The notes under the pieces were generated by a model. The model was given only the letters and a program-made list of their open reading frames with translations, searched no databases and had not been told where the DNA came from. A stretch of 63,736 nucleotides of DNA, counting the filler, from Licmophora abbreviata (lineage: Eukaryota): assembly GCA_900291995.1 (NCBI GenBank). It is 22 parts of 22 records of this genome, joined end to end, with 100 filler letters (N's around TTAATTAATTAA, not from the genome) between each part and the next. Parts side by side here need not be neighbours in the genome. Positions count along the whole stretch, not along the records: positions 1 to 3,139 come from OLMU01002815.1; positions 3,240 to 5,522 come from OLMU01002816.1; positions 5,623 to 10,195 come from OLMU01002817.1; positions 10,296 to 12,407 come from OLMU01002818.1; positions 12,508 to 16,016 come from OLMU01002819.1; 17 more parts are not named here. One strand, written 5' to 3'. Every line of letters begins with the position of its first letter. Positions within the stretch are counted from its first letter, which is position 1. Below are positions 1-14,482 of this stretch, piece after piece. A program made the translations under genes and the position numbers.

Positions 1-17
1 GGACAGAAGGTTATCCA

Positions 18-2090
18 TTATTCAGCCCCCCCGATGAAGCTCATCCAGGTGACAAGCACCGCAATCCCGATCACCATCGCAAAGGCGTAGGTGAAGATAT
101 AGCCAGACTGCGCGCGCCCTGCGAGGCGCGTGAAGAAGGGGATGATCCCCATCGCCACGCCGTTGATCGACCCGTCGATCACGTCGCCGTCGCCTCGCTT
201 CCACAGGGTCTTGCCAAGTGACCTTACCGGACGGACGAAAAGAAAATCGTAGATCTCGTCGAAATACCACTTGTTCAGCAGGAACAAATACAGCGGGCGC
301 TGGTTCTCGGCCAAACGGCGGGGCATCGCCGGATCCCAGATATAGAACCAGATCGCCACGATCAGACCGATCAGCATGGCCACGAAGGGGGACAGCTTGA
401 CCCATGTCGGCACGTAATGCGCCTCGTGCAGGATCGTGTTCTCGGGGGCGATATAGATCGCAGCCTCGCCGGGTCCGCTTTCCATGACATAATGCAGCTC
501 GGAGGCCTTCGGGCTGCGTTCGGCCACCGCCTCGACCAATTCCTGCGAAGGCTCGCCATAGGTGCCGCCGAAGAACTTCACCACCTCATTGGTCTTGCCG
601 AAGAAGCTGCCATACCAGATCGCGCCCGCGAACACCGCACCAAGCGCCAGAACGCCAAGCGGGATCAACATCACCTTGGGGCTTTCATGCGCGTGGTCAT
701 GTGTGTGCTTGTCGCCACGCGGCGTGCCCCAAAAGGTCAGGAACATCAACCGCCAGCTATAGAAGCTGGTGAACAGCGCCGCGATGACCAGCATCCAGAA
801 CGCATAGCCCATCGGCCCCGCGGCATAGGCGGATTCGATCACCGCATCCTTCGACGCAAACCCCGCAAAGCCGATCCAGCCGGTGAGCGGGATACCCACC
901 CCGGTGATGGCCAGCGTACCGATCAGCATGGCCCAGAACGTATAGGGCATCTTCTTGCGCAGGCCGCCATAGTTGCGCATGTCCTGCTCGTGATGCATCC
1001 CGTGGATGACCGAACCCGCGCCCAGAAACAGCATCGCCTTGAAGAAGGCATGGGTGAACAGGTGGAACATCGCGACCGAATAAACGCCGACACCCGCCGC
1101 CACGAACATATAGCCAAGCTGGGAACAGGTCGAATAGGCGATCACGCGCTTGATGTCGTTTTGCACAAGCCCGACGGTGGCCGCGAAAAATGCGGTGGTG
1201 GCGCCAAGGAATGTGACGAAGGCCATCGCTTCGGGCGCGAATTCCATGATCGGCGACATCCGGCAGACAAGAAACACACCCGCCGTCACCATGGTGGCCG
1301 CGTGAATGAGCGCCGACACCGGGGTCGGGCCTTCCATCGCATCCGGCAGCCATGTGTGCAGGATCAGCTGCGCAGATTTGCCCATTGCGCCGATGAACAG
1401 CAGGAAGGCCACCAGATTGGCCGCGTTCCACTCGGTCCACAGGAAGGTCAGTTGCGTCTCGGCCAGCTCTGGCGCGGCTGCGAAGATATCCTCGAACCGG
1501 ATCGAGTCGGTCAGGAAATACAGCGCCATGATCCCCAGGATGAAGCCGAAATCGCCCACCCGGTTGACCACGAAGGCCTTGATCGCCGCGGCATTGGCGC
1601 TTGGCTTGCGATAGTAAAAGCCAATCAGCAGATACGAGGCAAGGCCCACACCTTCCCAGCCGAAGAACATCTGCGCCAGATTGTCAGCCGTCACCAGCAT
1701 CAGCATCGCGAAGGTGAACAGCGACAGATAGGCGAAGAACCGCGGGCGATAAGTCTCGCCTTCGCGGAAATTCTCGTCATGCGCCATATAGCCCATGGAA
1801 TAAAGGTGCACGAGCGCCGAGACGGTCGTGATGACGATCAGCATGATCGCGGTCAGACGGTCCAACCGGATCGCCCAAGAAGAATTCAGCGTGCCGGATT
1901 CGATCCAGTCGAGGATATGCACAATCTCGGTCTGGCCGTCATGGCCCAGAAAGACGATCCAGGACAGAAGGCAGGACAGGAACAACAGGCCCGTCGCGAC
2001 CCATTGTGCGCCCTGATCTCCGATGATCCGCCAGCCGAAGCCTGCGATGATGGCCCCGATGAGAGGCGCAAAGAGAATGGTCAGTTCCAT
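18..2090 (-). CDS. nuoL: NADH-quinone oxidoreductase subunit L
   Basis: 690-aa polytopic membrane protein with [37 protein letters not shown] and HAFFKA motifs; operon position. Confidence 0.98.
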   Translation of the reverse strand: MELTILFAPLIGAIIAGFGWRIIGDQGAQWVATGLLFLSCLLSWIVFLGHDGQTEIVHILDWIESGTLNSSWAIRLDRLTAIMLIVITTVSALVHLYSMGYMAHDENFREGETYRPRFFAYLSLFTFAMLMLVTADNLAQMFFGWEGVGLASYLLIGFYYRKPSANAAAIKAFVVNRVGDFGFILGIMALYFLTDSIRFEDIFAAAPELAETQLTFLWTEWNAANLVAFLLFIGAMGKSAQLILHTWLPDAMEGPTPVSALIHAATMVTAGVFLVCRMSPIMEFAPEAMAFVTFLGATTAFFAATVGLVQNDIKRVIAYSTCSQLGYMFVAAGVGVYSVAMFHLFTHAFFKAMLFLGAGSVIHGMHHEQDMRNYGGLRKKMPYTFWAMLIGTLAITGVGIPLTGWIGFAGFASKDAVIESAYAAGPMGYAFWMLVIAALFTSFYSWRLMFLTFWGTPRGDKHTHDHAHESPKVMLIPLGVLALGAVFAGAIWYGSFFGKTNEVVKFFGGTYGEPSQELVEAVAERSPKASELHYVMESGPGEAAIYIAPENTILHEAHYVPTWVKLSPFVAMLIGLIVAIWFYIWDPAMPRRLAENQRPLYLFLLNKWYFDEIYDFLFVRPVRSLGKTLWKRGDGDVIDGSINGVAMGIIPFFTRLAGRAQSGYIFTYAFAMVIGIAVLVTWMSFIGGAE

Positions 2091-2094
2091 CGGG

Positions 2095-2400
2095 TCAGCC
2101 CTTCATCACGTTGACGTCTTCCACGGCGATGGTGCCGCGGTTCCGGAAGAAGCAGACAAGGATCGCTAGGCCGATCGCGGCCTCGGCAGCGGCGACCGTG
2201 AGCACGAAAAGCGTGAACACCTGCCCCACCAGATCCCCCAGATGCGCCGAAAAGGCCACCAGGTTGATATTCACCGCCAGCAGCATCAGCTCGATCGACA
2301 TCAACAGGATGATCACGTTCTTCCGGTTCAGGAATAAGCCGAATATCCCGATGACGAACAGCGCCGCCGCAACCGTCAGGTAATGTTCCAGTCCAATCAT
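2095..2400 (-). CDS. nuoK: NADH-quinone oxidoreductase subunit K
   Basis: 101 aa, [12 protein letters not shown] and [12 protein letters not shown] motifs. Confidence 0.98.
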   Translation of the reverse strand: MIGLEHYLTVAAALFVIGIFGLFLNRKNVIILLMSIELMLLAVNINLVAFSAHLGDLVGQVFTLFVLTVAAAEAAIGLAILVCFFRNRGTIAVEDVNVMKG

Positions 2401-2514
2401 TCGTGTCCCTCCGGGCCGTGCCCGTCCGTCTTTTCGTTGTTGCGCCCCAAAACCTTGCTTCGGGGTGTATCTGTCATCTGTCCGGTCGCGCCGCGCGCGG
2501 CCCCGTTCAGCCGG

Positions 2515-3123
2515 TCAGAGCCCCTGCCCCGGCTTCACATCCTTGAGTTCCATCGCCTTGGCCGGATCGCGATACATCTGCGCCAGAACATCCTGCCGCT
2601 TGATGTCCGTGCGATGCCGCAGCGTCAGCACGATTGCGCCGATCATCGCCACCAGCAGGATCAGCCCCGATGTCTGGAACAGCAGGAAATACTTGTCGTA
2701 AAGCAGCATCCCCAAAGCGGCGGTATTCTCAACCCCGTCCGGAGTGACCGCCGCGCGCGCGGCTTCGGCCCCTTCCGACATCTGCCAGTTGCCGAAGGCC
2801 AGCCCGAACTGCATCAGCAGGATCACCCCGATCAGCAACGCCAGCGGCATGTAGCGCGCCATCTCGGCCTTGAGGGCTGCGAAATCCACGTCCAGCATCA
2901 TCACGACGAACAGGAACAGAACCGCCACGGCGCCGACATAGACGATGATCAGCAGCATCGCCACGAATTCCGCCCCCAGCAGAACGAACAGCCCCGCCGA
3001 GCTGATGAAGGCAAGGATCAGCCACAGCACCGAGTGCACCGGGTTTCGGCTGATGACCGTGAACAGCCCGCCGGCCAACGCCGAGATCGCGAACAGGTAG
3101 AATGACATCACCGTCATGCTCAT
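2515..3123 (-). CDS. nuoJ: NADH-quinone oxidoreductase subunit J
   Basis: [25 protein letters not shown] motifs. Confidence 0.97.
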   Translation of the reverse strand: MSMTVMSFYLFAISALAGGLFTVISRNPVHSVLWLILAFISSAGLFVLLGAEFVAMLLIIVYVGAVAVLFLFVVMMLDVDFAALKAEMARYMPLALLIGVILLMQFGLAFGNWQMSEGAEAARAAVTPDGVENTAALGMLLYDKYFLLFQTSGLILLVAMIGAIVLTLRHRTDIKRQDVLAQMYRDPAKAMELKDVKPGQGL

Positions 3124-3239
3124 GAGTCGGTATCCTTTTNNNNNNNNNNNNNNNNNNNNNNNNNNNNNNNNNNNNNNNNNNNNTTAATTAATTAANNNNN
3201 NNNNNNNNNNNNNNNNNNNNNNNNNNNNNNNNNNNNNNN

Positions 3240-3340
3240 ATTCCCTTGGGCGAAAACGACTCGAGCGCCGGATTCATGGCCTTCGCCATCTCCTGCGCCT
3301 GCGCCATGATCGCCTCGAAAGGGTTCTTGGGGTCGGTCAT
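3240..3340 (-). CDS. N-terminal fragment of nuo-operon accessory ORF, probably carboxymuconolactone decarboxylase family (rest lost in gap)
   Basis: ATG overlaps nuoI stop (ATGA); [33 protein letters not shown]; family inferred from the usual nuoI-nuoJ position in Rhodobacteraceae. Confidence 0.6.
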
Positions 3341-3831
3341 CTGTAGGGTGCGTCCAGTTCCAGATTGCGGGCGATTTCGGCTTCCCAACGGTCCCCGTTC
3401 TCAAGCAGCTTCTGCTTGTCGTAGAACAGCTCTTCGCGGGTTTCCGTGGCGAATTCGAAATTCGGCCCTTCGACGATCGCATCCACCGGGCAAGCCTCTT
3501 GGCAGAAGCCGCAATAGATGCATTTCGTCATGTCGATGTCATAACGCGTGGTGCGGCGGCTGCCGTCATCGCGGGGTTCCGCATCAATGGTAATCGCCTG
3601 CGCCGGGCAGATCGCCTCGCACAGCTTGCACGCGATGCAGCGCTCCTCGCCATTGGGATAACGACGCAGCGCGTGTTCCCCGCGAAACCGCGGGCTGAGC
3701 GGACCTTTTTCATGCGGATAGTTCAGGGTGGCCTTGGGCGCGAAGAAATACTTCAGGCCCAAACGGAACCCTACGAAAAAGTCCTTCAGCAGGAAATAGC
3801 CCGCCGCACGTCCGTAATCGATATTCGCCAT
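3337..3831 (-). CDS. nuoI: NADH-quinone oxidoreductase subunit I
   Basis: Two CxxCxxCxxxCP 4Fe-4S motifs ([24 protein letters not shown]). Confidence 0.98.
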   Translation of the reverse strand: MANIDYGRAAGYFLLKDFFVGFRLGLKYFFAPKATLNYPHEKGPLSPRFRGEHALRRYPNGEERCIACKLCEAICPAQAITIDAEPRDDGSRRTTRYDIDMTKCIYCGFCQEACPVDAIVEGPNFEFATETREELFYDKQKLLENGDRWEAEIARNLELDAPYR

Positions 3832-3834
3832 GGC

Positions 3835-4872
3835 TCAGCCTCCAATCGCCCAACGGGCCCAGAACCCGCCGAGCACTTCGAATTTCGCAAGAAACGCCAC
3901 GATCACCACCCAGGCCAGCGACATCGGCAGAAAGACTTTCCAGCCAATCCGCATCAACTGGTCATAGCGGTAGCGCGGCGTGATCGCCTTGACCATCGCG
4001 AAGAGGAAGAAGAAGAACGCCATCTTCGCGATCATCCACAGCACCCCGTCCGGCAGACCCGGGATGGGCGACAGCCAGCCTCCGAAGAACAGCAGCGAGG
4101 TCAATGCGCACATCAGGAAGATCGCGATATATTCGCCTGCCATGAACAACAGGAACGGCGTGCTGGAATATTCCACCTGATACCCCGCCACCAGTTCGGA
4201 TTCCGCTTCGGGCAGATCGAAAGGCGGACGGTTCGTTTCGGCCAGCGCCGAAATGAAGAACAGGAACACCATCGGCAGATGCGGCAACCAGTACCAGCCA
4301 AAGAACCCATAGGCCGTATCCTGCGCCGCGACGATCGCGCCGAAATTCATCGACCCGGTCGAGATGATGACGCCGATGATGATGAGGCCGATAGAAACCT
4401 CATAGGAAATCATCTGCGCCGCAGACCGCAGGCTGCCGAGGAACGGATATTTCGAGTTCGAGGCCCATCCGCCCATGATGACGCCGTATACCTCAAGCGA
4501 GGACACCGCGAAGACGAACAGGATGGCGACATTGATATCGCTCAGCACCCAGCCTTCGTTCAGCGGGATCACCGCCCAGGCAAGGATCGCCAGAACGAAA
4601 CTGGTCAAAGGCGCCAGCATGAACACCGTCTTGTCGGCGCCAGCGGGTACGACCACTTCCTTGACCACGTATTTCAGCGCGTCAGCCACCGTCTGCAGAA
4701 GGCCAAAGGCGCCCACCACGTTCGGGCCCCTGCGCATCTGTACCGCCGCCCAGATCTTGCGGTCCCCATACACAAGGAACAGCAGCGAGATCATGACAAA
4801 GCCGACTACGGCAAGGCATTGCGCCACGATCAGAACCGCGATCCCGAAAGGGGTTGTCAAGAATTCAGCCAT
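3835..4872 (-). CDS. nuoH: NADH-quinone oxidoreductase subunit H
   Basis: [37 protein letters not shown] motifs; start placed at MAEFL. Confidence 0.98.
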   Translation of the reverse strand: MAEFLTTPFGIAVLIVAQCLAVVGFVMISLLFLVYGDRKIWAAVQMRRGPNVVGAFGLLQTVADALKYVVKEVVVPAGADKTVFMLAPLTSFVLAILAWAVIPLNEGWVLSDINVAILFVFAVSSLEVYGVIMGGWASNSKYPFLGSLRSAAQMISYEVSIGLIIIGVIISTGSMNFGAIVAAQDTAYGFFGWYWLPHLPMVFLFFISALAETNRPPFDLPEAESELVAGYQVEYSSTPFLLFMAGEYIAIFLMCALTSLLFFGGWLSPIPGLPDGVLWMIAKMAFFFFLFAMVKAITPRYRYDQLMRIGWKVFLPMSLAWVVIVAFLAKFEVLGGFWARWAIGG

Positions 4873-4879
4873 CAGGTCC

Positions 4880-5284
4880 TCACACCATCGGTATTCCGTT
4901 TTCCGCACAGTCGGCGGCGACGACTTCGGCGTCGATTGTCTTCAGCCCTCGGGGCAGGGCCGGCGAGATCGTATAAACCGCATCGCCGCGCCAGATACCA
5001 CCCGCCAGATCCACATTCGTTCGCAGATGCCGGGCAAAACCATAGCCCCGGATCAGCGTGTATTGCGCGGCGGCGCATTCCGCATAGCGGCTCACGTCTT
5101 CACGGTCGCGTGCGCCTACCATACGGACCTGGAAATTCACCAGGTCATCGCCCAGAAACCGGGTCTCCACGCCCTGATAGACGGGCTTGAAGTCTACGGT
5201 CTGAGGCGAGGTGGACTCGCACCCGGACACCGCGCCTGCCAAAAGCAGTGCCAGCGGCGATATGAGCGCCGCGCGCGCCATCAC
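4880..5284 (-). CDS. Putative lipoprotein, nuo-operon accessory ORF
   Basis: Start overlaps nuoG stop; hydrophobic signal ending VSGC; two further Cys. Confidence 0.8.
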   Translation of the reverse strand: MMARAALISPLALLLAGAVSGCESTSPQTVDFKPVYQGVETRFLGDDLVNFQVRMVGARDREDVSRYAECAAAQYTLIRGYGFARHLRTNVDLAGGIWRGDAVYTISPALPRGLKTIDAEVVAADCAENGIPMV

Positions 5285-7105
5285 TCGGCGGCCACCGGCG
5301 TGTCGCGCCGCGCCTTGGCGTTGGCGCTAAGCTCCGCCATCAACTCGCTTGCGCGCGCGATCGGGTTGGTCAGGTAGAAGTCCCGGATCGGCAACCGGAA
5401 CTCCGCGTCGCCCAGTTTGCCCTTGGGCAGCGGGGTCCAGTCGGTGTCGATCACCTGATCTACCTTCTTGAGATGCGGCACCTCTGCCACCAGCGCCTGA
5501 CGCAACTGCACCAGCGAATCATNNNNNNNNNNNNNNNNNNNNNNNNNNNNNNNNNNNNNNNNNNNNTTAATTAATTAANNNNNNNNNNNNNNNNNNNNNN
5601 NNNNNNNNNNNNNNNNNNNNNNCCGCCCCGTCGACGGCAGCGGCAAGCCCGCCTTGTGTCGTGCAGCCCGCATCCATTGCGCCCACGCGACCGGCTGCGG
5701 TGTGCAGAACCAACATCCGCCCCGAGATCGCTTGCGCTGCGGCCAGAACCGCCTCGCCATCCGCCTCGTTCAATGCCCCCTGCCCGACGATGACGATCGC
5801 CTCGTCGGACGCTTTCACCTTGGAGAGCGCATCGCGGCCTGTGCCGGCATGGCTGTAATCATAGGTCAGATCAACCGCCGGTCCGATCAGGGTGACGTTC
5901 GCACCATTTATCCACGCCTTGCGGATCCGCGCATTCAGCACCGGGGCCTCGACCGCCGGGTTGGTGCCGATCAGCACGACCTCCTTTGCGGTATCCAGCT
6001 CTTCGATAGCCACATTGCCAACATAGCCCGAGCGATTGCCCACCGGAAGCCTGGCGCCATCGGTGCGACACTCAACCTGACCGCCCAGACCCTCGATCAT
6101 CTGCCGCAGGGCAAAGGCCGCCTCGACCGACACAAGATCACCGACCAGACCGGCAACCTTGCCCGCGCCCTTGAGCGCCGCAGCCACCTTGCCAAGCGCT
6201 TCAGGCCAGCTGGCGGGGCGCAACTTGCCATTCTCGCGGATATAGGGCCGGTCCAGCCGTTGACGGCGCAGCCCGTCCCAGACGAACCGGGTCTTGTCGG
6301 AGATCCATTCCTCGTTCACGCCATCATGGTTGCGCGGCAGGATGCGCATCACTTCGCGCCCCTTTGTGTCCACCCGGATATTCGATCCAAGCGCATCCAT
6401 CACGTCGATCGTCTCGGTCTTGGTCAGCTCCCAAGGCCGCGCGGTGAACGCATAGGGCTTCGAAACCAGCGCCCCCACCGGGCATAGATCGATGATGTTG
6501 CCCTGCAGGTTGCTGTCCAGCGTCTCGCCCAGATAGCTGGTGATCTCGGCATCCTCGCCGCGTCCGGTCTGGCCCATCTGGTTGATCCCCGCCACCTCGG
6601 TGGTGAAGCGCACGCAGCGGGTGCAGGAAATGCAGCGCGTCATATGGGTTTCGACCAGCGGCCCAAGGTCCAGATCCTCACTCGCGCGCTTGGGTTCGCG
6701 GTAGCGGCTGAAATCCACGCCATAGGCCATCGCCTGATCCTGCAGGTCGCATTCGCCACCCTGATCGCAGATCGGACAATCCAGCGGATGGTTGATGAGC
6801 AGAAACTCCATCACCCCCTCGCGGGCCTTCTTGACCATCGGCGAGTTGGTCTTGACCACCGGCGGCTGCCCCTCGGGACCGGGGCGCAGATCGCGCACCT
6901 GCATCGCACAAGAGGCGGCGGGCTTGGGCGGGCCGCCCACGACTTCGACAAGGCACATCCGGCAGTTGCCCGCGATCGACAGCCGCTCGTGGTAGCAAAA
7001 CCGCGGGATTTCGATCCCGGCCTGCTCACACGCCTGGATCAGCGTCATCGCGCCGTCCACTTCCACTTCCTGATCGTCGATGATGATCTTGCGCAGGTCA
7101 GACAT
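5281..7105 (-). CDS. nuoG: NADH-quinone oxidoreductase subunit G (split by gap 5523-5622)
   Basis: [42 protein letters not shown]-terminal [12 protein letters not shown] on the other side of the gap. Confidence 0.97.
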
Positions 7106-7111
7106 GATTTC

Positions 7112-7525
7112 TCACTTCGTTCTCAGCAACAGGCCGATCTGGCTCTGCTTTTGGATTTCGGCGCGGCCAAGGTCGCACAGGCTGGCAGGGTCTCGATTGC
7201 TGGCCCCATGCACCTTGAAATAGGCATTGCGCCGCTCGCGCATCTTCGCCTTTTCCGCGTCGTTGTTGATGTAGGCGTCGATCTCGGCGTCCGAGTATCC
7301 TTTCTCGGCGGCCTTCTGCTTGAGCGACACAAGATAGGAACGCGCATCGAACAACCGCGCCGAGATGTCCGAGCATTCACGGCGGATCTTGTCGGCCACG
7401 GCAATGACCAGAAGGCCGGCGTTGATGTCCTTTTCCTTCGACAGTCCGATGTCAGCCGAAGCCTGCGCGGTGGCGGCGCTGGCCACCAGCATGAGCGCCA
7501 GAGCAGATGATTTTACAAAACGCAT
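7112..7525 (-). CDS. Exported protein, DUF5333-like nuo accessory ORF
   Basis: GAAAGGAG RBS, Sec signal MRFVKSSALALMLVASAATAQA, IAVADKIRRECS and LCDLGRAEI motifs. Confidence 0.8.
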   Translation of the reverse strand: MRFVKSSALALMLVASAATAQASADIGLSKEKDINAGLLVIAVADKIRRECSDISARLFDARSYLVSLKQKAAEKGYSDAEIDAYINNDAEKAKMRERRNAYFKVHGASNRDPASLCDLGRAEIQKQSQIGLLLRTK

Positions 7526-7649
7526 GGGGTAACTCCTTTCAGCGACAGAGCGCGACGGCGCTGTGCCGTCCCATCTGCCCTGCAGATGGGCGTTCCGTGC
7601 GGCGCTATGCAATAACACCCCTCGGAACTGCCTGTCATGCAACGGAAAG

Positions 7650-7979
7650 TCACCATATCACGCACTGGCCTTTCATCATCAGGTTGCCATTCGACGTCTG
7701 CAGCGCGCCACTCTCGCCATCCGGTCCCTCGCTCCACGTGATCTCGGAGGTTCCGAAATTCTCGATGCAATAGCGGGTTCCTTCATGACGCCCGGCCTCT
7801 TGCGCCGCCTCGAGGCTCTGCGACGCACGGCGCACGCTGACCTCGAAATTCAAGCGGTCATCCGACGCCTTCTTGGCCTTCGCCGGAAAATACATGCCGT
7901 CGAACAGAACCCGTTCGGACCGCTCGCTGCAGGCCGCCAGCATGAGAGCCGACACCGTCATGAGGATGAGAGCGCGCAT
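7650..7979 (-). CDS. Putative lipoprotein, nuo accessory ORF
   Basis: Lipobox LAAC; starts 4 nt after nuoF stop; Cys pair (RYC...GQC). Confidence 0.8.
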   Translation of the reverse strand: MRALILMTVSALMLAACSERSERVLFDGMYFPAKAKKASDDRLNFEVSVRRASQSLEAAQEAGRHEGTRYCIENFGTSEITWSEGPDGESGALQTSNGNLMMKGQCVIW

Positions 7980-7983
7980 ATGC

Positions 7984-9279
7984 CTACTCCGCTGCGACCG
8001 CACTGACGCGGCCCGATTTCTGTGCCTTGATGCGATCCTCGATCTCGTCGCGGAAGTTGCGGATCAAGCCCTGGATCGGCCACGCCGCCGCGTCGCCAAG
8101 CGCGCAGATCGTGTGGCCCTCGACCTGTTTGGTCACGTCGAACAGCATATCGATCTCCTCGACTTCGGCCTCGCCGCGCACCAGACGGTCCATCACCCGC
8201 ATCATCCAGCCCGTGCCTTCGCGGCATGGCGTGCACTGACCGCAGCTTTCGTGCTTGTAGAATTTCGACAGCCGCCAGATCGCCTTGATGATGTCGGTGG
8301 ACTGATCCATCACGATCACCGCCGCCGTCCCGAGCGACGAGCCCTTTTCCTTCAGCGCGTCGAAATCCATCACCGCATCGCGCATGTTCTCGCCGCGCAC
8401 ACAAGGCACCGACGAGCCGCCGGGGATCACCGCCTTGAGGTTGCTCCAGCCGCCCCGGATACCGCCGCAATGCTTGTCGATCAGCTCTTCGAACGAGATC
8501 GACATGCTTTCCTCGACCACGCAGGGCGCGTTCACATGCCCCGAAATCGCGAAAATCTTGGTGCCGGTGTTGTTCGGACGACCAAAGCCCGCGAACCATT
8601 CCGGCCCACGGCGCAGGATCGTCGGCGCCACGGCAATCGACTCCACGTTGTTCACCGTGGTGGGACAGCCGTAAAGCCCCGCCATCGCCGGGAATGGCGG
8701 CTTCATGCGCGGCATCCCCTTCTTGCCCTCAAGGCTTTCCAGCAGGGCGGTTTCCTCACCACAGATATAAGCGCCTGCGCCATGATGCAGGTAAAGGTCG
8801 AAATCATACCCTGACTTGCAGGCGTTCTTGCCGATCAGACCGGCATCATAGGCCTCGTCGATGGCGGTCTGCAGCGCCTCGCGCTCGCGAATATATTCGC
8901 CGCGAATGTAGATGTAGCAGGCATGCGCCTTCATCGCATAGGACGCGATCAGGCACCCTTCGATCAAGGTATGCGGATCATGGCGCATGATCTCGCGATC
9001 CTTGCACGTGCCCGGCTCGGATTCGTCGGCATTGACCACCAGATAGGCCGGACGCCCATCGCTTTCCTTGGGCATGAAGGACCATTTCAGACCCGTCGGA
9101 AAGCCCGCGCCACCACGTCCGCGCAGACCACTGGCTTTCATCTGCTCGATGATCCACTCGCGGCCATTCTGCAGGATTTTCGCCGTCCCGTCCCAATGAC
9201 CACGCGCCATCGCCCCTTTCAGGGAACGGTCATGCATCCCGTAAAGATTGGTAAAGATACGGTCTTCGTCCTTGAGCAT
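7984..9279 (-). CDS. nuoF: NADH-quinone oxidoreductase subunit F
   Basis: [51 protein letters not shown]. Confidence 0.99.
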   Translation of the reverse strand: MLKDEDRIFTNLYGMHDRSLKGAMARGHWDGTAKILQNGREWIIEQMKASGLRGRGGAGFPTGLKWSFMPKESDGRPAYLVVNADESEPGTCKDREIMRHDPHTLIEGCLIASYAMKAHACYIYIRGEYIREREALQTAIDEAYDAGLIGKNACKSGYDFDLYLHHGAGAYICGEETALLESLEGKKGMPRMKPPFPAMAGLYGCPTTVNNVESIAVAPTILRRGPEWFAGFGRPNNTGTKIFAISGHVNAPCVVEESMSISFEELIDKHCGGIRGGWSNLKAVIPGGSSVPCVRGENMRDAVMDFDALKEKGSSLGTAAVIVMDQSTDIIKAIWRLSKFYKHESCGQCTPCREGTGWMMRVMDRLVRGEAEVEEIDMLFDVTKQVEGHTICALGDAAAWPIQGLIRNFRDEIEDRIKAQKSGRVSAVAAE

Positions 9280-9285
9280 CCGATA

Positions 9286-9513
9286 TCACCCTCGGTTGTC
9301 CCGGCGCGCGCGCCAGATTTGCATAGTGACCACCAACGCCCAGAACAGGGCGGCAATGGCGGCCAGATCGAACAGAAAGACGAACCTTACCGGCCAGTCC
9401 ATTTGCGACCCGACCCACTGAGCGCCCATCCAGACGAGCATCGTCACCGCAATGACCACACCAACGGTGCGGCCCTTGCGTGCCAGCTGCATTTCGTCCG
9501 AACGGTTGCTCAT
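9286..9513 (-). CDS. Small two-TM membrane protein (DUF5337-like), nuo accessory ORF
   Basis: 75 aa, two hydrophobic segments, tightly packed upstream of nuoF. Confidence 0.75.
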   Translation of the reverse strand: MSNRSDEMQLARKGRTVGVVIAVTMLVWMGAQWVGSQMDWPVRFVFLFDLAAIAALFWALVVTMQIWRARRDNRG

Positions 9514-9529
9514 TCTGTCAGCCTTTCCC

Positions 9530-10195
9530 TCAATACACGCCGCCGTCTTCGACGCGTTTCGAGAATTCCGTTTCACCGCCCGCCGCCAGGATCTTGGCCT
9601 GCTCGACCCAGTTGTCGCGGCTTGCGCGGCCCTTGAAGCCCTTCAAGTTGGCATCCATCCACGCCAACTCATCCGCGCCCCAACCGGCGATCTGGTCGAA
9701 ATGATAAAAGCCCATCTCGTGCAGGAGGCTTTCAAGTTTCGGACCAACGCCCTTGATTTCCTTCAGATTATCGGCCTGTCCACCCTTTGGCGCCGACAGC
9801 GCTGCGGGCTTGGTGCCAATTTGCTCTTCGTCTTTGTCCTCATCGCCCGAGGACGCCTTCGATGTCGATTTCGCTTCAGCCTTGTCGTCGGCCTTGGCTG
9901 TATCCTTCGCCTTGGTCTCAGTCTTGGCCTTGGCCTTGGGCGCCTCAGGCGCCGCAGGCTTTGCCACGGGCGCGGGCTTTGGCGCTTCCGGTGCCGCTGC
10001 GGCCTTTGCCTCTGCCGTTGCGCTTGCCGCCGCTGCCGCCGGCGCGGCTCCTGCTCCGGCCCCTGCCGGTTCTGTGCCCATCAGCTTGCCGATAGCTCCC
10101 CCGGCAACCGCACCCGCGACAGGTGCCTCACCCGTGCAGACAAGCCGCGAAAACACCAACCCGAGGAACACCGCCACGGCCACTCCGGCCATCAG
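9530..10195 (-). CDS. Membrane-anchored protein with Ala/Pro/Lys linker and C-terminal COG3743-like helix-hairpin domain (5' end in gap)
   Basis: ADNLKEIKGVGPKLE...GFYHFDQIAGW...WVEQAKIL. Confidence 0.8.
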   Translation of the reverse strand: MMAGVAVAVFLGLVFSRLVCTGEAPVAGAVAGGAIGKLMGTEPAGAGAGAAPAAAAASATAEAKAAAAPEAPKPAPVAKPAAPEAPKAKAKTETKAKDTAKADDKAEAKSTSKASSGDEDKDEEQIGTKPAALSAPKGGQADNLKEIKGVGPKLESLLHEMGFYHFDQIAGWGADELAWMDANLKGFKGRASRDNWVEQAKILAAGGETEFSKRVEDGGVY

Positions 10196-10295
10196 NNNNN
10201 NNNNNNNNNNNNNNNNNNNNNNNNNNNNNNNNNNNNNNNTTAATTAATTAANNNNNNNNNNNNNNNNNNNNNNNNNNNNNNNNNNNNNNNNNNNN

Positions 10296-11243
10296 CGCCC
10301 CGGCCTTGCGCGGCGCTTTCATGACGCGCGGCTTCTTGCCGGGCGATTGCGTCGGCTCCGCCGCCGGTTGCGGCGCAGGCTTGGCCTTGGACTTGGCCGG
10401 TGCCTCGCGCTTGGAGATGCCCGTCTCATCGGCCTTGGCATCCTTGCCCGGTTGCGGCTTGGCGGCCTTCGCGCCCACCTCCTGCGGTGTTTCATTCAGC
10501 TTCACGGCGGGGTCTGCGGGCCGGTGGTTCGCCCCCTTGTCACGCCATGGCGCGAGCACGGGCACCTCGGTGCCGTCGATCCGCTTGACCGTATCCCCCA
10601 GATCGGTGGCCAGCTGCACGCTCGCGTTATGCGCCATGCGCCCCTTGTCATGCGCCTGAAGGCTGGTCAGCCCCGACACCGGCTCGCTGGCATAGCGGCC
10701 ATTCTGCGGACCCGGCGCAGGAACCTTGCCCGCCACCAGATCATCCAGCATCTGCGCAAAGCGCTCGGCGGTCAGGTCTTCGTAATAATCCTTGCCGATC
10801 TGCGCCATCGGCGCATTTGCGCAGGCGCCAAGGCATTCCACCTCTTCCCAGCTCAGCTTGCCATCGGCGCTCAGCTCATGGGGATTGGGCGCGATCTTTT
10901 CGCGGCACACACCTATCAGATCCTCGGCGCCGCAGATCATGCAGGACGTGGTGCCGCAAACCTGCACATGCGCCACGCTGCCCACCGGCTGCAGCTGGAA
11001 CATGAAATAGAAGGTGGCCACTTCGAGACCGCGGATGAAGTCCATGCCCAGCATCTGCGCGACATGCTCGATCGCGGGACGGCTCAGCCACCCCTCCTGC
11101 TCCTGGGCGCGCCACAGCAGCGGAATGATCGCGCTCGCCTGCCGGCCCTCGGGATACTTGGTGATCTGAGCCTCGGCCCAGGCCCGGTTTTCGGGCGTGA
11201 AGGCGAAACTTTCAGGCTGCTCTTTATGGAGACGTCTCAGCAT
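10296..11243 (-). CDS. nuoE: NADH-quinone oxidoreductase subunit E with long C-terminal extension (3' end in gap)
   Basis: [26 protein letters not shown] 2Fe-2S motifs; start MLRRLH. Confidence 0.97.
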
Positions 11244-11245
11244 AC

Positions 11246-11524
11246 CTACGCACAGGCTCCTGTCTTCAATTTCACCCCGCCATTGTCCAACCGTTCGGCT
11301 TCGCCCGCGGTCAGCAGATACGCGGTGATCGCCGTCGACTGCTCGCGGGTCAGTCCCGCTTGCAATTCGACCGGCAGATAATCCGCTTCGGTGACCATCT
11401 CGCACCCGATCGAGGCGACGGCCGTTTTGTAATCGTTCAGGTCTTCGGGGCTGACCCCCTCGGGCGGCATCGCACATCCCGCAAGCCCGACAAAACCGGC
11501 GGCCATTGCCGCCCAGACACGCAT
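11246..11524 (-). CDS. Small lipoprotein, nuo accessory ORF
   Basis: 92 aa, lipobox LAGC, SIGC...GAC Cys pair, fills the nuoD-nuoE interval exactly. Confidence 0.8.
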   Translation of the reverse strand: MRVWAAMAAGFVGLAGCAMPPEGVSPEDLNDYKTAVASIGCEMVTEADYLPVELQAGLTREQSTAITAYLLTAGEAERLDNGGVKLKTGACA

Positions 11525-11526
11525 CG

Positions 11527-13270
<1,744 letters not shown>

Positions 13271-13325
13271 CGTCATCGTCCTTTCGCGCGAGGGTCCCGC
13301 CCCGCGCCTGTAACACAATTCGCCG

Positions 13326-14215
<890 letters not shown>

Positions 14216-14482
14216 TGGGTGGCTCCTTTCACGCGCGTCCCGAGCGCATTCAGATGGCTACACTGACTATGGCAGGGTTTACCGCCGCCCCACTTCCGGG
14301 TCAACCAACGGCGAACACATTCCGATCACTGCACGCGTCCTTAAACTAAAGATGTATGCAGGTGTATACTAAATATAGACAAATCGCCCCAGCAGGCCGG
14401 TATCCCGGCCAGCCTACACGACTACTCGTTAAAAATTAGGGCGCATCGGGCGCCTGTCATCCCCCCTCGGGACACGAATCCG

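Noticed and set aside
14340..14410. AT-rich patch with TGTATGCA/TGTATACT and a GGCCGG-TATC-CCGGCC hairpin upstream of nuoA
   Set aside because: Plausible promoter or terminator region, but no motif can be assigned with confidence
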